Below are positions 58,780 through 64,000 of a stretch of 64,000 nucleotides of DNA, piece after piece. A program made the translations under genes and the position numbers. Every line of letters starts with the position of its first letter. Position 1 is the first letter of the stretch. Under the pieces are notes generated by a model. The model did no database searches. It was not told the origin of the DNA and was given only the letters and a program-made list of their open reading frames with translations. The stretch covers positions 9,088 through 73,087 of the forward strand of contig JBHHWB010000005.1 of NCBI GenBank assembly GCA_046756305.1. Reading direction: 5' to 3'. The DNA is from Gemmatimonadota bacterium (GTDB taxonomy: Bacteria > Gemmatimonadota > Gemmatimonadetes > Longimicrobiales > Gaopeijiaceae).

Positions 58780-60036
58780 ATGAAGAAGAAGGTGGTCCTG
58801 GCCTACAGCGGTGGCCTGGACACGGCCTGCATCCTGAAAGACCTCATCATGCGCGGCTACGAGGTGATCGCGTACGTGGCGGACGTGGGACAGCAGGAGG
58901 ATTTTGACGACATCGCCCGCCGCGCCCGGGAGACGGGCGCCGGCAAGGTCTACGTGGAGGACCTGAAGCACGACTTCGTCACGGAGTACATCTTTCCGGC
59001 CATCGCCGGCAACGCCGTGTACGAGAACCGCTACCTCCTGGGGACGGCGCTGGCGCGGCCCGTCATCGCCCGGCGGCAGGTGGAAATCGCCCTGCGCGAG
59101 GGGGCGGACGCGGTGGCCCACGGCGCCACGGGAAAGGGAAACGACCAGGTCCGCTTCGAATTGGCCTTCGCCGCCCTGGCCCCAGACCTCAAGGTCATCT
59201 CTCCCTGGAAGGAAGCGGATTTCCTGCGGCGCTTCCAGGGACGGAGCGACCTTCTCGCCTTCGCCAGGGAGCACGACATCCCGGTGGAGGCCACGGTGGA
59301 CAAGCCCTACTCCAGCGACGAGAACCTCATGCACCGGTCCTACGAGGCCGGTCTCCTCGAGGATCCCTCCCTGCCGCCGCCCCCGGACATCTTCAAGCTC
59401 ACCCGGGCGCTGGAGGACACGCCCGACGCGCCCACCGAGGTGAGCATCTTCTTCAAGGACGCCATTCCGGTGCGGGTGGCGAGCCCCGCGCTGGAGACGG
59501 ACCTCACCGACCCGGTGGAGATGTTCACCTGGCTCAACGAGCAGGGCGGGATGCACGGGATCGGACGCATCGACATCGTGGAGAACCGCTTCGTGGGCAT
59601 CAAATCCCGGGGCGTCTACGAGACTCCCGGAGGGACCATCCTCCACCACGCTCTGCGGGACCTGGAGGGCATCGCTATGGACCGGGAGGTCCTCCGTCTG
59701 CGGGACATGCTTTCGCCCCGCTTTGCGGAGATCATCTACAACGGCTTCTGGTTCAGCCCGGAGATGGACTTCATCCAGGCGGCGTACCGCCAGTCGGAGA
59801 GCCTCATCGACGGAGAGGTGAAGCTGTCCCTCTTCAAGGGCAACGTGGTGATCCGGGGGCGGACTTCCCACACCTCCCTCTACGACCAGGAGCTCTCCTC
59901 CATGGACGTGGCCGGCGGCTACGATCAGGAGGATGCCCGCGGCTTCATCCGCATCAACGCCCTGCGGCTGCGCGCCCACAAGCTGATCCTGCATAAGACG
60001 GGGGAGGACGAAGGGACGGCGGGCGCCGACGCATGA
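58780..60036 (+). CDS. argG: Argininosuccinate synthase
   Basis: Trimmed to [19 protein letters not shown] (ATG at 58780). [44 protein letters not shown]. Confidence 0.95.
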   Translation: MKKKVVLAYSGGLDTACILKDLIMRGYEVIAYVADVGQQEDFDDIARRARETGAGKVYVEDLKHDFVTEYIFPAIAGNAVYENRYLLGTALARPVIARRQVEIALREGADAVAHGATGKGNDQVRFELAFAALAPDLKVISPWKEADFLRRFQGRSDLLAFAREHDIPVEATVDKPYSSDENLMHRSYEAGLLEDPSLPPPPDIFKLTRALEDTPDAPTEVSIFFKDAIPVRVASPALETDLTDPVEMFTWLNEQGGMHGIGRIDIVENRFVGIKSRGVYETPGGTILHHALRDLEGIAMDREVLRLRDMLSPRFAEIIYNGFWFSPEMDFIQAAYRQSESLIDGEVKLSLFKGNVVIRGRTSHTSLYDQELSSMDVAGGYDQEDARGFIRINALRLRAHKLILHKTGEDEGTAGADA

Positions 60037-60614
60037 GCGACGCGGCCCAGGCGCGACTGACGCGGCAGCTCACCTTCCTGCGGGAGATCGATAAGCTGAA
60101 GCTTGTCGAGCGGCGCATCAGCGTCATGGGCGGTTCGCGCCTGGAGAACAGCGCCGAGCACTCCTGGCACCTGGGTGTCATGGTGCCCCTGCTCGGGGAG
60201 TACGCTCCCGAGGGAGCGGACCCCGAGCGGGCCATGCGCATGCTCCTCATTCACGACGTGGTGGAGGTGGATGCCGGCGACACCTTCTGCTTCGACGCCG
60301 AGGCCAACCGGGACAAGGCGGAGCGGGAGACGGAGGCGGCCCGCCGACTCTTCGGGCTCCTTCCCGCCGATCAGGGGGCGGAGCTCCGTGCCCTGTGGGA
60401 CGAGTTCGAGGCGGGAGAGACCCCCACCGCCCGCTTCGCCAACGCCCTGGATCGCTTTCAGGGACTCCTCATGAATCACGCGAACGGCGGAGGCACCTGG
60501 ATCGAGCACGGCATCACCCGGGAGCGGATCCTGGCGCGCATGGACCCCATCCGTGAGGGTGCGCCCGCGCTGTGGCCCCACGTCCTCGCGGTGGTGGAAG
60601 AGGTGGTGGGTTAA
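60033..60614 (+). CDS. HD-domain phosphohydrolase (YfbR / 5'-deoxynucleotidase-like)
   Basis: [15 protein letters not shown] and [15 protein letters not shown] (H...HD...D). ATGA overlap with the argG stop. Confidence 0.82.
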   Translation: MSDAAQARLTRQLTFLREIDKLKLVERRISVMGGSRLENSAEHSWHLGVMVPLLGEYAPEGADPERAMRMLLIHDVVEVDAGDTFCFDAEANRDKAERETEAARRLFGLLPADQGAELRALWDEFEAGETPTARFANALDRFQGLLMNHANGGGTWIEHGITRERILARMDPIREGAPALWPHVLAVVEEVVG

Positions 60615-61186
60615 CGATCCCCCTCCCGTGGGATGGTAACGCGGATGACGCCCCGAAGATCTCCGAGCTTGTAACCTGTGGCCTGATCCGCCGGATATCG
60701 CTCCGCAAGCGCCTCGGCCACGTCGGGCGCCAGAATCGCAGGGTCGCCGTGGCACTGGACGCACATCTCGTTGGCGACCAGCGACGTGGAGAATCGCAGG
60801 GTGCCGTCGCCCGGATCCTGGAGCCCTGGAGGGGGAAGGTCCCCTTCCGCTGCCCGGGCCTCGAAATAGGTCAGGGCCACCGCTTCCAGAGAGTCGGGCC
60901 GGTTGGCGGGATTCCTGATTCTGAGAGAGGTGCGCTTAACTTCGAGGCCCTGGAGAGATTGGTTCACCTCTTCGCGGAGGGGGAGGGCACGTAGGGAGCA
61001 GAACTCGATGGCTCCCACGGGTCCACCTTCCTCCAACGCGGCGGTGAGGTGCTGTATAAGGCTGCCGGCCAGCTTGCCGGCGGCTTCGGCGCCGAGGCTG
61101 AGCGCGCGCGCACGCTCCGCTTCGGGGGAAGGAGAAGGGCCAGAGAAAGGAGAAGGGCGACGGTCCGAAGGACCACGAGGACGCAT
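60611..61186 (-). CDS. DUF3365 (Tll0287-like) c-type heme domain protein; N-terminus probably disrupted by a 1-nt frame offset
   Basis: FCSLRALPLREEV, LRIRNPANRP, TYF, and CVQCHGDP (CxxCH), ending YKLGDLRGVIRVTIP. The annotated N-terminus (MRPRGPSDRRPSPFSGPSPSPE) has no signal peptide, but a signal-like hydrophobic stretch is encoded in another frame over the same bases (see findings). Confidence 0.7.
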   Translation of the reverse strand: MRPRGPSDRRPSPFSGPSPSPEAERARALSLGAEAAGKLAGSLIQHLTAALEEGGPVGAIEFCSLRALPLREEVNQSLQGLEVKRTSLRIRNPANRPDSLEAVALTYFEARAAEGDLPPPGLQDPGDGTLRFSTSLVANEMCVQCHGDPAILAPDVAEALAERYPADQATGYKLGDLRGVIRVTIPREGDR

Positions 61187-61344
61187 GGTCCCGCTGCCGG
61201 GGCGCCCTCCGACTCAGGGACATCACCCATCAACGATAAGCAGGGAGCGTTGTCCTCAGCACCTTGCGCCGGGAGCGGGTCTTCCAGAGGATCACCTAGA
61301 CGTTCTGCCCGCCACCTCAGGACCTCCACGGAGCTATCCGAGCC

Positions 61345-64000
61345 ATGTCCAGCACCGCGCTTCGTTCCACCTTCGCCCTCCTCCTTCTTTTCGGCCTGAC
61401 GCCCCCCCTCCACGCCCAGCGCTCGGGCGCGGAGGAGGGTTCGTCCTCGCCGCCCTCCGACTCGGCCGTGGTGGGGTCGCTCAAGGCCCGCTCCATCGGC
61501 CCGGCGGTCATGAGCGGACGGGTGGTGGACATCGCCGTCGCCTCCTCGCCGGGCTCACGGGGCGGATCCCTGGGTACGGTGTTCTACGTGGCGGCGGCCA
61601 GCGGCGGCGTGTGGAAGACCACCAACGGCGGCGTGAGCTTCACGCCCGTCTTCGACGACTCGGGTGTGGCCTCCATCGGCGCGGTGGCGGTGGCACCCTC
61701 CAACTCGGAGATCGTCTGGGTGGGTACCGGCGAGGCCAACAACCAGCGGAGCTCCTCCTACGGCAACGGCGTGTACCGATCCCTGGACGGCGGCGAGACC
61801 TTCCAGTACATGGGCCTGCGCACCTCCCAGCACGTGGGTCGCATCCTGGTGCACCCCACCGACCCGGACATCGTGTATGTGGCCGCCGTGGGTCCCCTCT
61901 GGTCGGGCGGCGGCGAGCGGGGCGTTTTTCGCACCACTGACGGAGGCATGACATGGAAGCTGGTCCTCCCCGGGGAAAACGCCTGGACGGGCGCCACCGA
62001 TCTGGTCATGGATCCCACCGATCCCGACATCCTCTACGCCGCCACGCTGCAGCGGGAACGGCGGGCCTACAGCTACGTGGGAGGCGGCCCGGGGAGCGGC
62101 ATCTGGAAGAGCACCGACGGGGGTGACACCTGGACGCGCCTGACCCGGGGCCTGCCCAAGGCGGACATGGGGCGCATCGGCCTGGGGCTGGCGGCCTCCC
62201 AGCCCCGAACCGTGTACGCGGTCATCGAGAGCAATGACGAAGCCGGGGTCTATCGCACCGACAACGGCGGTGCTTCCTGGAAGAAGATGAGCGATCAGGA
62301 GTCCATCCCCTGGTACTTCGGCCACATTCGCGTGGACCCCTCCAACCCCGAGGTGGTCTACCACCTGGGGGTTCCCCTCTCCCGTTCGGTGGACGGGGGG
62401 CGCACCTGGAAGAGCGCGGCGCGGCGCGGTGTGCATGTGGATCACCACGCTCTGTGGATCAACCCCGAAAATCCCGACCACCTGATTCTGGGCAACGACG
62501 GCGGCCTCTATGTCACCCATGACCGGGGGGAAAGCTGGGAGTTTGCCGTGAACCTGCCCATCTCCCAGTTCTACGCCGTGGGATTCGACATGGCCGAGCC
62601 CTTCTTCGGCGTATACGGCGGTCTGCAGGACAACAGCACCTGGGGTGGTCCTACGCGCACGCGGGCGGCCCAGGGCGTCTTCAACTCCGACTGGTTCCGG
62701 ATGGCGGGTGGGGACGGCTTTTACGCTGCGGTGGATCCCACCGACCCCAATATCGCCTACGTGGAATCCCAGTACGGGTTCCTGGTCCGTTACGACAAGC
62801 GCACCGGCGACCGCAGGCCTATCCGGCCTGTGCCACCCGAGGGGGAGCCGGCGTACCGCTTCAACTGGAGTGCCCCGGTAAAGATCTCCCCGTGGGATCA
62901 CAAGACCATCTACTTCGCCGCCAACTACCTCTTCAAGAGTCCCGACCGGGGGGATACGTGGATCCGCCTGGGTGAGGATCTTACCCGCTCCATCGACCGG
63001 GACAGCCTTCCCATGATGGGCAAGATTCCCGGTGACGATGCCGTCTCCCGCCACCAGGGAACGGCGGTCTTCAGCAACATCTCCACCATTGACATTTCGG
63101 AGATCCAGGAGGGGCTGCTCGTTACCGGGTCCGACGACGGCACCATCGCTATTTCCAGCGACGACGGCGCCACCTGGAAGAAGCAGACCCGCTTCCCCGG
63201 GGTGCCCGATACGGCGTACGTGAGCCGGGTCCGCCTCTCCAAGCACGACCCCAACGTCATCTACGCCACCTTCGACAATCACCGCAGCAACGACTTCCAC
63301 CCCTACGTGATCCGCAGCACGAACCAGGGGAAATCCTGGGAGAACATCACCCACGATCTTCCAGAGTTCGGCTCGGTCCGCGCCTTCGCCGAGCATCACG
63401 CGAACCCGGACCTCCTCTTCGTGGGGACCGAGTTCGCCGCCTACGTCTCTTTTGATCGAGGAGGTTCCTGGACCCGGCTTTCCAATGGGATGCCGCCGGC
63501 GCGGGTGGACGACATCAAGATCCACCCCGGAGAGAACACCCTCGTCATCGCCACCCACGGGCGGGGCATCTTCCTGGTGGACGACCTGACGCCGCTGGAG
63601 AAGCTGGCCGAGGCGAAGGCCGCGGCAGGTCCCTATCTCTTTCCGGTGAAATCCGATCTGCAGTTCACACCGGATCCCTCACGGACCTCGGGCACCACGG
63701 CGGACCGCGACTTCCGGGTGCCCAATCCGCCGGTGGGGACCACCATCTCCTACTACCTTCCCCGGCGGTCCCGCGGGGTGCGGCTGGAAATTCTGGGCGC
63801 TGACGGATCGGTGGTGCGGACCCTCAAGGCGCCGGCAGGCGCCGGGCTGCACCGGGTTCACTGGGACTTCCGGGTGGACGCGCCCTACTCGGGTCCCCCC
63901 CGGCCCGGGCGCCAGACTCGGCGTGGCGGCTTCGGAGGCTTCGGCGGTGGAGGCAACGCCGGAGCGCCAGCGGTGCCGGGGATGTACTCGGCACGCCTGA
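61345..64000 (+). CDS. Secreted sortilin/VPS10-like BNR (Asp-box) repeat protein, paralog 2 (3' end outside window)
   Basis: Absent from the ORF track (no stop in window). My translation from ATG at 61345 gives MSSTALRSTFALLLLFGLTPPLHAQ (signal peptide), then KARSIGPAVMSGRVVDIAV...AASGGVWKTTNGGVSF...GTGEANNQRSSSYGNGVYRSLDGGETF...RTTDGGMTW...KSTDGGDTW. It is colinear with the protein at 21824-24847 and open to position 64000. Confidence 0.85.
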   Translation, partial: MSSTALRSTFALLLLFGLTPPLHAQRSGAEEGSSSPPSDSAVVGSLKARSIGPAVMSGRVVDIAVASSPGSRGGSLGTVFYVAAASGGVWKTTNGGVSFTPVFDDSGVASIGAVAVAPSNSEIVWVGTGEANNQRSSSYGNGVYRSLDGGETFQYMGLRTSQHVGRILVHPTDPDIVYVAAVGPLWSGGGERGVFRTTDGGMTWKLVLPGENAWTGATDLVMDPTDPDILYAATLQRERRAYSYVGGGPGSGIWKSTDGGDTWTRLTRGLPKADMGRIGLGLAASQPRTVYAVIESNDEAGVYRTDNGGASWKKMSDQESIPWYFGHIRVDPSNPEVVYHLGVPLSRSVDGGRTWKSAARRGVHVDHHALWINPENPDHLILGNDGGLYVTHDRGESWEFAVNLPISQFYAVGFDMAEPFFGVYGGLQDNSTWGGPTRTRAAQGVFNSDWFRMAGGDGFYAAVDPTDPNIAYVESQYGFLVRYDKRTGDRRPIRPVPPEGEPAYRFNWSAPVKISPWDHKTIYFAANYLFKSPDRGDTWIRLGEDLTRSIDRDSLPMMGKIPGDDAVSRHQGTAVFSNISTIDISEIQEGLLVTGSDDGTIAISSDDGATWKKQTRFPGVPDTAYVSRVRLSKHDPNVIYATFDNHRSNDFHPYVIRSTNQGKSWENITHDLPEFGSVRAFAEHHANPDLLFVGTEFAAYVSFDRGGSWTRLSNGMPPARVDDIKIHPGENTLVIATHGRGIFLVDDLTPLEKLAEAKAAAGPYLFPVKSDLQFTPDPSRTSGTTADRDFRVPNPPVGTTISYYLPRRSRGVRLEILGADGSVVRTLKAPAGAGLHRVHWDFRVDAPYSGPPRPGRQTRRGGFGGFGGGGNAGAPAVPGMYSARL

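Noticed and set aside
61555-63558. 667-aa minus-strand ORF
   Set aside because: It is antisense to the BNR paralog 2 frame. That frame is absent from the track only because it has no stop in the window. The plus frame carries a signal peptide and repeated Asp-box motifs and is colinear with the paralog at 21824-24847.
1-64000. Scan for CRISPR arrays, IS elements, integrases, phage genes, rRNA and large repeats
   Set aside because: I saw no regularly spaced direct repeats, no transposase, integrase or recombinase-like ORFs, and no rRNA-like sequence. The only clearly AT-rich islands (about 1250-1300 and about 46770-46840) are short promoter-like regions, not insertion scars. A manual scan can miss short or degenerate elements.

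Overview
GC-rich bacterial chromosomal segment (about two-thirds G+C by eye, not computed). It is gene-dense on both strands. I can support about 50 protein-coding genes, one consensus promoter and a few terminator-like hairpins. I found no rRNA, tRNA, CRISPR array, transposase, integrase or phage genes. The gene content suggests a Gemmatimonadota-like or related FCB-group organism, but that is inference only: a SusC/SusD pair, carboxypeptidase-regulatory-domain proteins, two sortilin/BNR-type secreted proteins of about 1000 aa, a 1639-aa NAD-glutamate dehydrogenase and an ECF sigma factor. Blocks from left to right: (1) ECF sigma plus PspA-like gene, an orphan TPP E1-alpha, and a V4R-Bcp pair. 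(2) Acyl-CoA dehydrogenase, heme A synthase and DUF420. (3) Patatin, then a beta-lactamase-fold hydrolase divergent from a SusC/SusD pair, followed by two paralogous lipoproteins of unknown family. (4) Di-heme peroxidase, a barrel-less plug protein, and a BNR protein coupled to a DnaQ-like exonuclease. (5) Qor, an M28 peptidase and SucA. (6) PgeF plus a three-glycosyltransferase cluster. (7) An Mre11-like / SbcC-like / alpha-beta hydrolase operon with overlapping start and stop codons. (8) The giant NAD-GDH. (9) A small basic protein behind a near-consensus promoter in an AT-rich island. (10) A four-gene minor (pseudo)pilin set. (11) Two adjacent 2-oxoacid:ferredoxin oxidoreductase operons, the first headed by a GltD-like flavoprotein-ferredoxin fusion. 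(12) argG, an HD hydrolase, a DUF3365 heme protein and a second BNR paralog that runs off the window. Many long ORFs in the supplied track are antisense shadows or 5' over-extensions typical of high GC. I trimmed starts to the first plausible start codon next to a signal peptide or conserved N-terminus (the track reports GTG and TTG starts as M). No obvious mobile or defence island is present. The best novelty candidates are the SusCD-linked paralogous lipoproteins, the membrane-hairpin SbcC-like ATPase operon, the KorC-like/KorAB and beta-gamma-fused OFOR pair, and the small basic protein. All family names come from reading motifs by eye, not from database searches.
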